A DNA stretch of 60,056 nt from Stellaceae bacterium (GTDB taxonomy: Bacteria; Pseudomonadota; Alphaproteobacteria; ATCC43930; CGMCC-115725), in assembly GCA_035510075.1 (NCBI GenBank), contig DATKHX010000117.1, forward strand, positions 1 to 60,056. Direction: 5' to 3'. The position numbers were made by a program, and so were the translations under genes. This document shows, piece after piece, positions 15,789 to 24,942 of the stretch. A model generated the notes under the pieces. The model ran no database searches and was not told the origin of the DNA. It worked only from the letters and a program-made list of their open reading frames with translations. How positions within the stretch are numbered: position 1 is the first letter of the stretch; each line of letters opens with the position of its first letter.

Positions 15789-16124
15789 TTAGGGGACGAA
15801 GGGGCCGAGCGGCGTCCCCTTGAGCGCGGTGCCGACGAGGCCCAGCCACAGCGAGGCGCAGCTCGGGTCGGCGAGGATGCCCTGGACGGCGCGCTTCGCC
15901 TCGATCTTGGTCAGCAGGCCGGCCTGTCCCTGAGCCGCACCCTCGATCGCCACCGTGATCTTGCCGATGTCGGCATAGCAGGCGGCGTTGGCAGTGTCGC
16001 CGGTCGCGGCCGCGAGTGCGGCCGCACTTGCGGCGTCCGCCTCGGTGAAGCCGGTGATCTGGGCGCAGCCGGAAGAAGCGAGCGCCATCGCCACGAGCGC
16101 CACGAGCGCCAGTGTCCGTGTCAT
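15789..16124 (-). CDS. Putative lipoprotein
   Basis: MTRTLALVALVAMALASSG/CAQ. Strong AGGAG RBS. 111 aa. Confidence 0.6.
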   Translation of the reverse strand: MTRTLALVALVAMALASSGCAQITGFTEADAASAAALAAATGDTANAACYADIGKITVAIEGAAQGQAGLLTKIEAKRAVQGILADPSCASLWLGLVGTALKGTPLGPFVP

Positions 16125-16138
16125 TGCCGGCTCCTCTT

Positions 16139-16639
16139 TTAAGGGGCGATCTCGACGAGTGCCGCCATTGCGGCGGGGTTTGCCGCGGCGCGGGCCGCGA
16201 GGTCCTTTGCCGCCGCGTCCGTCAACCCCAGTGCCGCCGCCGCCATGTGCAGCCGCGCGGCCTCGAGCGAGGCGTGCTCGACATTGTCGAGCGTACGGTA
16301 CTTGCGCAATGCGGCAATGCCGTCCTCGACCGGCTCGCCGAACATCCGGTCGAATTTCATCGACACCGCGACATAGGCCGCCCGCGCCGCAGCGGTCGCG
16401 GTATTGGCCGCGGCGAGTGCGGCAGCTGCTGCTGTCAAATCGCGCTGATGCTGCTCTCGCTCGCTCGCCAATGCCCGCTGCCCATCGCCGAGCGCTGCTT
16501 TCGTTTGATCGCACTGGGCGGCAACCTCGCCCAGGGCGGCATCGGCGCGGGTGAGCCGTAGTTCGGTCGCCGCGAGCTCGCGGCGCAATTCGGCGATCGT
16601 CGCCGCCGCCGCGGCGAGCTGCGCGTCTTCGGCCATCAC
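16139..16639 (-). CDS. Ala-rich coiled-coil protein (possible fibre assembly factor)
   Basis: 166 aa. Start overlaps the stop of the 1233-aa gene. No signal peptide. Confidence 0.6.
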   Translation of the reverse strand: MMAEDAQLAAAAATIAELRRELAATELRLTRADAALGEVAAQCDQTKAALGDGQRALASEREQHQRDLTAAAAALAAANTATAAARAAYVAVSMKFDRMFGEPVEDGIAALRKYRTLDNVEHASLEAARLHMAAAALGLTDAAAKDLAARAAANPAAMAALVEIAP

Positions 16640-19600
16640 CTGATCCGATAGCGGCCGGCGACATTCACCGACACGTTCGCCGTGCTCGGCAGAATGTTGC
16701 TCGTGTTGAACGGCAGCGGGATCGCGGCCGACTGGTAGTAGCCGAGCACGATGAGACCGAGGCCGTTGATATAGGCGGAGGACGGGATTTGGCCCGAGAG
16801 GAAGGTGATGTTCTGGATAAAACCGATCGACAGCGGGATCCCGGTCGGGTCCTCGAACGGCTGGGCGCCGGGCATGTTGGTCTGCAACTCGAAATTCCCC
16901 GAGGCGGTCGTATAGGCATTGGTGTTGAAGGTGTCGCGCAGGTGAAAATCGACAAAGTCGCCGCGCCGGAAATAGCTGCCGACGACCGCCGGGGTGACGA
17001 CGGTCATCGCGGTGTTCGCGACGGTCTGCGCCGGCAACACCGTCCAGTTGAACCCCGATCCGGTCTGGATCACGGTGTTCGGGGCGCAGCCGCCGCAGGT
17101 GACCTCTTCGCCGTGCGCGATCGTGCCGGAGAGCCCGCTGACGACGGTCAGGGCCGGGCCCAAAATGTTGCCGGTAAAGGTGGCGTCGGTAGTACCGCCG
17201 GTCGGTGCGAAATCGCCGTTGGTCGCGAATTGCGGCGTGCTCGTAACCGGCAGCGGTACGTCGGGGAAGTCGTAATAGCCAACCGACGTATTGAACCCGA
17301 GATCGACCTGCCAGCCGTTCAGAAAGTTGCCCTGGACGTTGTTGCCCGGGTTGTCCTGGTCGATCTCGAGGATGTTGCCGACGACATTGGCGCCAAGAAA
17401 GGTGTTGCCGGTCATGATGAGGCGCGCCGGCGCCGACAGCGCCGTGTTGACGTGGATCAGCGGGTTGCCGCTGGCGCGGGCGACGTTGGGCTCGGAGAAA
17501 TTGTTGCCGACGAGCTCGAGAGTGCCGCTGGCGCCGCCGGCGACGCTCATCATTGTCGCGGTCGCGGGGGTCGGCAGGACAAACCGGTCATTGGCGAATT
17601 TGAGCAGGCCGCCGGTGACCACGACCGGGGTCTCGTTCGGCGACGAATAGAAATAGTAGCAGCCATTGAGGATCGTGCTGCCGCCATTGACCAGGATGTC
17701 GGGGGCCGAGGTCTGCGCCGCCGAGACCCGGCAGTTGCTGATCTCGACCGAGGTCAGGGCGCCGTCGATATTCAGTGTCCCGAGCGTGTCGGCGGCACTC
17801 TTGGTCGAATAGAGGGTTCCGACGCGCACCGCGTTGCCCTGGCCGCCGCCATTGACCTTGAGCAGCGCGCCGTCGCCGTCGAGGTCGAGGGTATTGAACG
17901 AGGTCGGGATGTTGTAGGCGGTGCCGTTGTCGAGGGTCACACCCTGGGCAAAGCACATGGCCTTGCCAAAGGCCGGCCCCTGCACGTCGCCGGCGAGATG
18001 GATGCACTGCGCCGCGCCGGCTTCCCCGGCCGCCTCGTAGACCGCCCCCTGGTTGGCGGTGAGACCGCCGGTTTCCTGGTCCCAGGTGTCGACACTGAAA
18101 AAGGCATCGTTGCCCTGGAGGTAGAGCCCGGTGTTGAACGAGCTGCAATCGATCGTGCCGAGATGGGTCCCGCCGGGGGTGCCGCTCATTCCGCCCGCCG
18201 CGCCAAAGCACTCCCACGCGGCATTGATGCGGACCTTGTCGATTGTGCCGTAATGGACAAAGTCGCCATCGAGGGCTTTGGGGTAATGGATGATGTTCGC
18301 GAGCGTCATGCCGCCCGTATCGGGCTGGTAAAAGCCGATCTCGAAATTGGTCAGCGAGCACGGGCCGCCGACGATGGCGCCGGTCTGCACTACCCCGTTG
18401 GCGTTCATGTTGAAATCGTTGCCGCCGGCGCTCCCCACCGTCAAAACCGACACGTAATTGCCGGCCCCGCTCATCGCGTTGCCGCCATTGCAGGCGAGCT
18501 CGTCGGTGACGTGCCAGTTGCCGGGCGGCAGGTAGACCGGGCCGAGGTCCCAGGCGGTCTGGATCGGGGCCGTGTCGTTGGTCGAGCCGTCGCCCACGGC
18601 CCCAAAGATGCGCACGTCGTTGCCGATCGCCGGCGTGCTCCACAGCGGCAGGAAGCGGAAATTGGCGCCGTCGAACTGGACATAGGCCATGTAGTCGATC
18701 GGCACGTGTGCGGTGGATAGCGAGGTTCCCGCCGGCAGCAGGATATGGCCGCCGGCGGTGCCGTTGACCTGGACCGCGAGCGGCATCGCGTCGGCCGCGA
18801 GCCCGATCGTCCAGCCGGCCGCGACCGAGGTCGTCGACGGCAGGGTCACCGCGAGACCCGAGGAGGTGAGCGAGCTCGACAAGACCCCGGCATTGTCGCC
18901 CTGCGTCGCCTGGTAGCCGGGGCCGCCCGGAAATTCGTAGCGCGACGGGATGCCGGGGGCAGCGGCCCCATTGTAGACGAGGCTGCCGGAAGAGCCCTGC
19001 GTCACCCGGAAATTGGTGCCGTCGGAGCGCAATACGACAAATTCGTAATTGCCGGGGCCGAGGGTCATTGCCGCCAGCGACCTGGTGCCGGCGAGAATTG
19101 CGCCCGCCGACGCAGTCAGGACGACCGCCTTTGACGCGTCGGTGGCGAACCCGATCGAATAGCCGGCGCCGCAGGTCGCGGGGTTGGGCAGGGTGACCGG
19201 CAAGCTCGACGCCGCCCAGGTTCCCGCCCCCGAGCCGGTTGCGGCGGCCGAGCTGAACATCGTGCCGTCGTCGCTGCACAGTGCGGTATAGGTGCTCGCG
19301 GCCGGGGCGACGTAGCGGCTCAAGGCGCCGCGGCCGACGATCGTGATGCCGCCCGAGATCGGGCCGCGGTTGGCCCCGGCAAAAACCGGCGGCACCAGGA
19401 CGTTGCCGGCGCCCGAGGCGGTGGCGTTGACCGCGGTAGTGCAGCCGAAATTGGGGGCGACAAACGCGTTCAGCGCGGCCCCGGCGGCGGTGATCGACAG
19501 GCAGGTGTTCGACGTGGTGCCGTAGTTGAAGCCGGAAAAGGTGTTGCCGGTCGAGATGCCGTTCTCAACGAGGAGCGAGGCAGCACTCGCCCCGCTCGCC

Positions 19601-20337
19601 GCGCCGGCGCCGGCGATCTGCGAATCCTGAGCCTGTTCGACCGCGACCGCGGCCGCCGCCGCCGAGCCGCCCGCGGTGGTGCCGCCGAGCCACAGCCGGG
19701 CGCCGACGACATAGTTGACCTTGATGCCGCCGGCGCCAGCGGCGCTCGATGCGTTGGCCGCGGTCAGGTGCTCGATACGCAGCCCTTGAAACTTGTCGGA
19801 GAAGTCGGCTTTGCCGATCGCGACCGCGTAGGCGGCTGCGCTCGATAGGACCGACAGAGATCCTTCGATTGTGAAATTTTGGTCGACCGCCGGCGATCCG
19901 GTCGTCCCACCGGAGCGCTGGACCAGCAACACCGGGCCGCTCGATACGGCGGCGCCATCGAGCGTCGCGTTGTCGGCGATCAGGCGAACCCCGGCGGCGC
20001 CGAAACCCGAGGTATCAATTGTCAGCGTGCTGCTGATCTTGTACTTGCCGGCCGGGATGTGGATTGGCACGTCGTTGGTGAGCGCGTCGGCGATCGCCGT
20101 AGTAAAGGCCGTGGTCGAGTCGCTGGTATCGGTCGGATCGGCGCTATAGCACATCACGTCGATCCACGGCCGCCCTTGGCAGGACAGCACCGCGCCGGTC
20201 GACGGATAGCTGTTGTTTTGCAGCGCGGCTCGCGCCGACAGCGGGACGATGAACGGCAGCAGCCCCAGCGCCAGCGCCGCAGCGAAACTCAGGGCATGAC
20301 CCGAGGCTAGCACGCCGGCCAGTAGACGATGTTTCAT
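16636..20337 (-). CDS. 1233-aa beta-helix (pectate-lyase-superfamily-like) tailspike/depolymerase-like protein with a signal peptide
   Basis: VRIFGAVGDGSTNDTAPIQTAW and an earlier VMCYSADPTDTSDSTTAFTTAI resemble pectate_lyase_3 N-caps. The N-terminus is hydrophobic, MKHRLLAGVLASGHALSFAAALALGLL...ARA. Confidence 0.75.
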   Translation of the reverse strand: MKHRLLAGVLASGHALSFAAALALGLLPFIVPLSARAALQNNSYPSTGAVLSCQGRPWIDVMCYSADPTDTSDSTTAFTTAIADALTNDVPIHIPAGKYKISSTLTIDTSGFGAAGVRLIADNATLDGAAVSSGPVLLVQRSGGTTGSPAVDQNFTIEGSLSVLSSAAAYAVAIGKADFSDKFQGLRIEHLTAANASSAAGAGGIKVNYVVGARLWLGGTTAGGSAAAAAVAVEQAQDSQIAGAGAASGASAASLLVENGISTGNTFSGFNYGTTSNTCLSITAAGAALNAFVAPNFGCTTAVNATASGAGNVLVPPVFAGANRGPISGGITIVGRGALSRYVAPAASTYTALCSDDGTMFSSAAATGSGAGTWAASSLPVTLPNPATCGAGYSIGFATDASKAVVLTASAGAILAGTRSLAAMTLGPGNYEFVVLRSDGTNFRVTQGSSGSLVYNGAAAPGIPSRYEFPGGPGYQATQGDNAGVLSSSLTSSGLAVTLPSTTSVAAGWTIGLAADAMPLAVQVNGTAGGHILLPAGTSLSTAHVPIDYMAYVQFDGANFRFLPLWSTPAIGNDVRIFGAVGDGSTNDTAPIQTAWDLGPVYLPPGNWHVTDELACNGGNAMSGAGNYVSVLTVGSAGGNDFNMNANGVVQTGAIVGGPCSLTNFEIGFYQPDTGGMTLANIIHYPKALDGDFVHYGTIDKVRINAAWECFGAAGGMSGTPGGTHLGTIDCSSFNTGLYLQGNDAFFSVDTWDQETGGLTANQGAVYEAAGEAGAAQCIHLAGDVQGPAFGKAMCFAQGVTLDNGTAYNIPTSFNTLDLDGDGALLKVNGGGQGNAVRVGTLYSTKSAADTLGTLNIDGALTSVEISNCRVSAAQTSAPDILVNGGSTILNGCYYFYSSPNETPVVVTGGLLKFANDRFVLPTPATATMMSVAGGASGTLELVGNNFSEPNVARASGNPLIHVNTALSAPARLIMTGNTFLGANVVGNILEIDQDNPGNNVQGNFLNGWQVDLGFNTSVGYYDFPDVPLPVTSTPQFATNGDFAPTGGTTDATFTGNILGPALTVVSGLSGTIAHGEEVTCGGCAPNTVIQTGSGFNWTVLPAQTVANTAMTVVTPAVVGSYFRRGDFVDFHLRDTFNTNAYTTASGNFELQTNMPGAQPFEDPTGIPLSIGFIQNITFLSGQIPSSAYINGLGLIVLGYYQSAAIPLPFNTSNILPSTANVSVNVAGRYRIR

Positions 20338-20347
20338 GCGCTACCTT

Positions 20348-22636
20348 TTATCGGGTGCGGCAGGCGAAGGTGCCACCAGTTTGAAGAGAGCTGGTGATGT
20401 TCGCATTGGTCACAGGCTGAGAATTGGCATTGATCGCTGTGTCCGACTCGGTGAACGCAAAATAGTTTGCATTGCCGGTGGCTGACCCCCACACCGGACC
20501 AGTAAGCCCCGTGGTAGGCGTCGTGCCATTGCCGAAATGGAAAACCGGCGCCAGCCCGAAATCGTCGATTCCCGGCACGCAGTTCAATGGCATGTTGCCG
20601 AGCTGCAGGTTGCCGGTCCCACTGCCCAGAGCGGACAACTGAAACCCGAAATCGACCATCATGTAGCCGTATTGGTCGATCCGAAAATGGCCGGTCGGCG
20701 AGGTCGAGAAGGTCATGCCAGAACTCGGCACGCCGTTCAGCAAGACCGTCGGCGTCCAAGTTCCCGAGAGCGTCGCCGCAGGAACGGCAACGCCAGCCGT
20801 GCCGTCCTGCTCCTCGACCAACAACAATCCGGCGACTGCGCCCAACCCATCGAGCGTGAAGTTCTGCCCGAAATATCCCGCGACGTAGCCAGTGCCAAGG
20901 TTGGTCGCGATCCCGTCCAGTCGCAAAAAGTCGGTGCCGACCCCGGCAACAATGACTGACAAATCGCTCGCCTGGTTTCGGAAATTAAGGCCGATGACCT
21001 GATTTACGGTATTGCCCCCGGTGGTTTGCTCGTCGACCCCGATCGTCGACCCGCCTATTTGGCCTCCGATGAATTCGTTTTCATGCGCATTGGCGTCTAA
21101 GTAAATGCAGCTGTCAGTAGTGACGAAATTGCCTTCGATCAAGGCATCGCATGACGCGTCGTGAAAGAAATTCCACAATGAATTCGTCGAAACGTAATAA
21201 CCCTTCTTATAGCCATACTCGAACATGTCGTGAAAATCGTTTTGGGTGCCCCCCGTAACCTTGACAAACGCGCCTGAGCGTCGCGTGCCATTAAGCACCA
21301 AATCGCCGCCCGAGGTGTAGGTTCCCAACGCAAAGGTGAGGGTAACGCTACTGCCGGCTGCGGTCGGGTAGTTGCTCAGCCAGACCCGATTATTGATCGG
21401 ATCAACCGCCATGACGGTTGTCCCGGACTGAATATTCGTCCCGCTAACAGCACCTCCAGGATTGATCCCCTGAATTGTAGTGCAGGATATCGCGTTATCC
21501 GTGCTGCCCCATGAGCAGGTATGCGTTAGGCCGGCGAACGCCGATCCTTGAAGATCGACGTGAGTCGAGTCGATGACGGTGATCGTCCATGTGTCGCCAT
21601 TGGCGCCGACCGCGCCCCCGACTCCCTCGATGGAGACGTTATTACCGGTGGCGAGGTCCGTGGTAGAGGTGACCGTCAGCCTTACTAACCCAGAGCCGTT
21701 ATTCGCGACGCCGGTGATCGCCTCTACGTCGAAGGGGATGTTGTTGACGTTGCCGCCGGTCCAAGACCAGCCGTGGACCTTTGAGATGTGGGCGACGTCA
21801 TAACTGTTCGCCAACAACAGGCCGGCAGTGTCGTCGATCAGCACGTCGTCCATTATCAGGCGCGCAAATCCGGTCGACGAAATACCTTGCGCAAACCCGA
21901 CGACGCCGCTGTGTGTAATGACCGCATGATCGGCGCCGATCGTTATGCCGGTCCCAGCAAAGGTCAAAACCTGCTGATAGTAGGCTTGCCCCGAGGCCGC
22001 AGGCCCCATCCCATAGGGCGCCACAAGAACGCCGTCGAGGTTCCCCGACAACGAAACCGTCTTGGTCGGGTTTATCAAGATCGCACCACCCGTCGTCGAC
22101 GCCCAGTTGACGGGGTTGGTCGCGGGATCGCCGGCGACCGGCCCCGAGCTGGCGACCGTGCAGCCCTGCGGCACCACCCAGTTGGCGGCCGAGTCGTGCG
22201 CGTAGCGGTGGTTGCCGATTAAGAGGCGCCCGCCGCCCGTCACCCTTCCACACCACGCCGCCGCGGCGTCGAGGGCGGTCGAGCTGTCGGTGCCGGTGAC
22301 GTTGCCGCTGCCGAGATCGACGGCCCCCCATTCGCCCACAGAGGCGCCCACTGCGGGGAAGGTGGCGATCCAGCACTTGCTGTCGGCGCTGGCGACCTGC
22401 GAGCCGTTGTCGCCGGCGCCGGCATTGAGCGAGCAGGCCGAATTGCTCGAGGCGTAGAGGACCTTTTCGGCGTCCCCGATCGTCGTAAAGCCGAGCCGCT
22501 CGACCCATGCCGCCTGCGTCGATTTGAGGGCGGCGAGCGCCGCGTTGTTGGGGACCCTTACGATGCCGTCGAATTCGGCGCGCGCCGCTTGTGCGCCAGC
22601 GACGAGCGCCACCAGTGCCGCGAATACATAGCGCAT
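20348..22636 (-). CDS. 762-aa beta-helix tailspike-like protein with a signal peptide and a low-GC core
   Basis: MRYVFAALVALVAGAQAARA/EF. GTDSSTALDAAAAWC resembles an N-cap. GC drops to ~40-55% in hand-counted lines around 21.1-21.5 kb. Confidence 0.75.
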   Translation of the reverse strand: MRYVFAALVALVAGAQAARAEFDGIVRVPNNAALAALKSTQAAWVERLGFTTIGDAEKVLYASSNSACSLNAGAGDNGSQVASADSKCWIATFPAVGASVGEWGAVDLGSGNVTGTDSSTALDAAAAWCGRVTGGGRLLIGNHRYAHDSAANWVVPQGCTVASSGPVAGDPATNPVNWASTTGGAILINPTKTVSLSGNLDGVLVAPYGMGPAASGQAYYQQVLTFAGTGITIGADHAVITHSGVVGFAQGISSTGFARLIMDDVLIDDTAGLLLANSYDVAHISKVHGWSWTGGNVNNIPFDVEAITGVANNGSGLVRLTVTSTTDLATGNNVSIEGVGGAVGANGDTWTITVIDSTHVDLQGSAFAGLTHTCSWGSTDNAISCTTIQGINPGGAVSGTNIQSGTTVMAVDPINNRVWLSNYPTAAGSSVTLTFALGTYTSGGDLVLNGTRRSGAFVKVTGGTQNDFHDMFEYGYKKGYYVSTNSLWNFFHDASCDALIEGNFVTTDSCIYLDANAHENEFIGGQIGGSTIGVDEQTTGGNTVNQVIGLNFRNQASDLSVIVAGVGTDFLRLDGIATNLGTGYVAGYFGQNFTLDGLGAVAGLLLVEEQDGTAGVAVPAATLSGTWTPTVLLNGVPSSGMTFSTSPTGHFRIDQYGYMMVDFGFQLSALGSGTGNLQLGNMPLNCVPGIDDFGLAPVFHFGNGTTPTTGLTGPVWGSATGNANYFAFTESDTAINANSQPVTNANITSSLQTGGTFACRTR

Positions 22637-22654
22637 AAGCTCATGCCGCAGGCA

Positions 22655-23722
22655 CTACGAGATGATCCACTTCGTTCCGTCGTACTGGATGCAGGTGCTC
22701 TGGTAATTCTGGTTCATGATGAAAGTGGCGCCGCCGTCGATATTCCCCGCGGCGGGCGAGAGCGTGATGTTGTTGGCGGATGCGTCGCCTTTCCCATCCT
22801 TGACGCAGAGCCGGGTGCCCGGGGTCGGCGACGACACCAGGTTTACGGTGGTCGCGGCCCCGGTCGTCTTGTCGACCTCGATCGTGTTGTCGGTGGTCGC
22901 CATCGTCACCGCTCCGGACGCGGTGACGACCCGGACCGGCCCGACCTCGCCCGAGCCAAAGGTCGTGATCCCGCTCGTGCTCAGGGTCGTGAAGTGGGCC
23001 GCCGCCGGCGTGGTGCCGCCGATCGTGACGCCGTCGATCGTGCCCCCGGTAAACGCGACGGCGTTGGTCGCCATGAACGAATAGGTGCCGGCGCCGGTGC
23101 GGTTGACGAGGCCGGTCCCGGAAAACCCGGTGATGTTGTCGAGCGCCGTCCCCGAGGCCGATATCGAGCCGGTGCCGCCGAGCGCTACCGTAACCGGGGC
23201 GGTAATCGAGCAGGTGCCGGTCGTGGTGATCGTGCCGCCGCTGAGCCCGGTGCCGCAGGTGACCGAGGTCAGCGTGCCGACCGGGCTCCAGCTCGTGATG
23301 CCGGCGCCGTTGGTGGTGAGCGCGTTGCCGGAGGAGCCGTTTGCCGAGGGCAGCTGGAAGACGATGCCGGCGCCGGCCGCGGCGGCGACCTGGATGACGC
23401 CGGAGCCGCTCGTCGAGCCCTCGAGCGTCAAGGTGCCGCCGGTGCCGCCGTTGGCCCCCAGGGTCGGGGTCGAGGTGAAGGTCGGGTCGGCGCTCGCCAC
23501 ACCGGCGAGCAAGGTGCCGGCCCCGCCGGGGCCGACCTGGCCAAAGGCCGAGGTTCCTTCGCCGGTCAAGACCGCGTGTGCCGTCGCCGTCGTCAAGCCC
23601 GAGCCGCCGTTGACGACGAGCAGCGGGGGCGTCCCCATATAGGACGCCGCGGCCGGGGTTGTGGCGGTGCTGATCAGCGACCCGATCAGCGCCGCCGCTA
23701 CGAGGTGCCGTCCGGTGCGCAT
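22655..23722 (-). CDS. 355-aa fibre-like protein with a signal peptide
   Basis: MRTGRHLVAAALIGSLISTATTPAAA/SY. Gly/Thr-rich with NGGSG/LGGTG motifs. The C-terminal CVKDGKGD...MNQNYQ...YDGTKWIIS module is shared with 24055..24939. Confidence 0.75.
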   Translation of the reverse strand: MRTGRHLVAAALIGSLISTATTPAAASYMGTPPLLVVNGGSGLTTATAHAVLTGEGTSAFGQVGPGGAGTLLAGVASADPTFTSTPTLGANGGTGGTLTLEGSTSGSGVIQVAAAAGAGIVFQLPSANGSSGNALTTNGAGITSWSPVGTLTSVTCGTGLSGGTITTTGTCSITAPVTVALGGTGSISASGTALDNITGFSGTGLVNRTGAGTYSFMATNAVAFTGGTIDGVTIGGTTPAAAHFTTLSTSGITTFGSGEVGPVRVVTASGAVTMATTDNTIEVDKTTGAATTVNLVSSPTPGTRLCVKDGKGDASANNITLSPAAGNIDGGATFIMNQNYQSTCIQYDGTKWIIS

Positions 23723-23725
23723 GGC

Positions 23726-24070
23726 TCAGCGGCCCCGGCGATGGTGGAAATGCTCGGCGAGCCAGTCCCAGAGGCGGCCCCAGTAATCGGCCTTGGCCGC
23801 GGCGCCGATGACGTAATGCCGCCAGTAATCGGCGAGTGCGGCCGCACTCGCCTGCGCCGATTTGGACTCGTCGACGCGCCGGGTCTCGCTCAGCGCCAAC
23901 TCGTCGGAGACGCTGTTGCGCTCGATCATCAGCTGGCAGATCACGGTCGCGGTGCCGGGCGCGCACATCGGCGGCGGAAACTCGGCCGCGGCGCCGGCAC
24001 GCGCGGCCGGAGTGAGCGCGAGCAACGAAATTGCGGACGCGGCCCAAGCGAGCCTCAGATTATATCCCAT
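23726..24070 (-). CDS. 114-aa secreted protein
   Basis: MGYNLRLAWAASAISLLALTPAARA/GAAAEF. The start lies 16 nt inside the 3' end of the upstream gene. Confidence 0.5.
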   Translation of the reverse strand: MGYNLRLAWAASAISLLALTPAARAGAAAEFPPPMCAPGTATVICQLMIERNSVSDELALSETRRVDESKSAQASAAALADYWRHYVIGAAAKADYWGRLWDWLAEHFHHRRGR

Positions 24071-24939
24071 TGCGTTCCATCGAAGATGAAGCATCCGAAT
24101 TGCCGGGCCTGGTTCATCACGTAGCCGGTCGAGCCGGCGACGGCGTCGATCGCGGTGCCGTCGGTGGTCTTGATGGTGGCGGCGTTGGCCTGGAAGTTGT
24201 TGCCGCCGTCCTTTACGCACTGCACGAAATTCGCCGGCGGCGCGGCGGCGAGATCGACCGTGATCGGGGCGGCGACGCTCTGCCTGACGATTTCGATCAG
24301 GTAGTTGGTCGCCGGCAGGACGAGGGGGGTCGTCGTCAGCGTGTAGACCGAGGTCGACCACGCGACCCCGCCGCCCGTCGCCGACAATGTCTGCGCGCCA
24401 AACGCCCCGCTCAGCGACAACCCGGTGCCGACCGTCACCCCGCCAAAAGCAGACCCGTTGCTGCCCAAGAGATCGGCCGCCGCCGGAACGCTGCCGCCCG
24501 AGAAGAAGCCCAGCGCCAATGCGGTAGCCGGGGTCGCCGCGACGATCCGGAAATTGCCGTTGCCGTCATATTCGACGACCGCGATCTCGTTGTTCCCGGC
24601 GGCGGTCGAAAACGAGGTCGCCGAGGCCCCGCCTGATGTCGTCGGGTAGAGGATATGGCCGCCCGCGGTGCCGTTGACCTGGACCGTGACGGTATGCGCC
24701 GCGTCGTTCTCGACAGCGATCTGCCAGCCGCTCGCCGCCATGGCCGTCGTCGAGGGCAGGGTGACGGTCAGAGCGCCGCCGGCGTTGAGCGCCGAGATGA
24801 CCTTGTTGTCGTCGCCGAGCCCGGCGGCATAGCTGGCGCCGCCGGGATAGAGCCAGGTGCGGTCGAATGGCACCTGTTGCGCGCATGCCGCACCCGCCGC
24901 CGCGAGCGACAGCACGATGGCGAGGAGGAGCCTGATCAT
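24055..24939 (-). CDS. 294-aa fibre-like protein with a signal peptide
   Basis: MIRLLLAIVLSLAAAGAACA/QQ. Has two tip-like modules (TLPSTTAMAASGWQIA...VQVNGTAGGHIL and CVKDGGNN...FDGTQWDII). Confidence 0.75.
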   Translation of the reverse strand: MIRLLLAIVLSLAAAGAACAQQVPFDRTWLYPGGASYAAGLGDDNKVISALNAGGALTVTLPSTTAMAASGWQIAVENDAAHTVTVQVNGTAGGHILYPTTSGGASATSFSTAAGNNEIAVVEYDGNGNFRIVAATPATALALGFFSGGSVPAAADLLGSNGSAFGGVTVGTGLSLSGAFGAQTLSATGGGVAWSTSVYTLTTTPLVLPATNYLIEIVRQSVAAPITVDLAAAPPANFVQCVKDGGNNFQANAATIKTTDGTAIDAVAGSTGYVMNQARQFGCFIFDGTQWDII

Positions 24940-24942
24940 CGG

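Noticed and set aside
16636-24939. A diversity-generating retroelement or an invertible shufflon controlling the paralogous fibre tips.
   Set aside because: No reverse transcriptase ORF and no template/variable repeat pair with adenine-specific differences were seen. All fibre-like ORFs are on one strand, with no opposite-strand alternative C-terminal cassettes. The serine recombinase target remains unknown.
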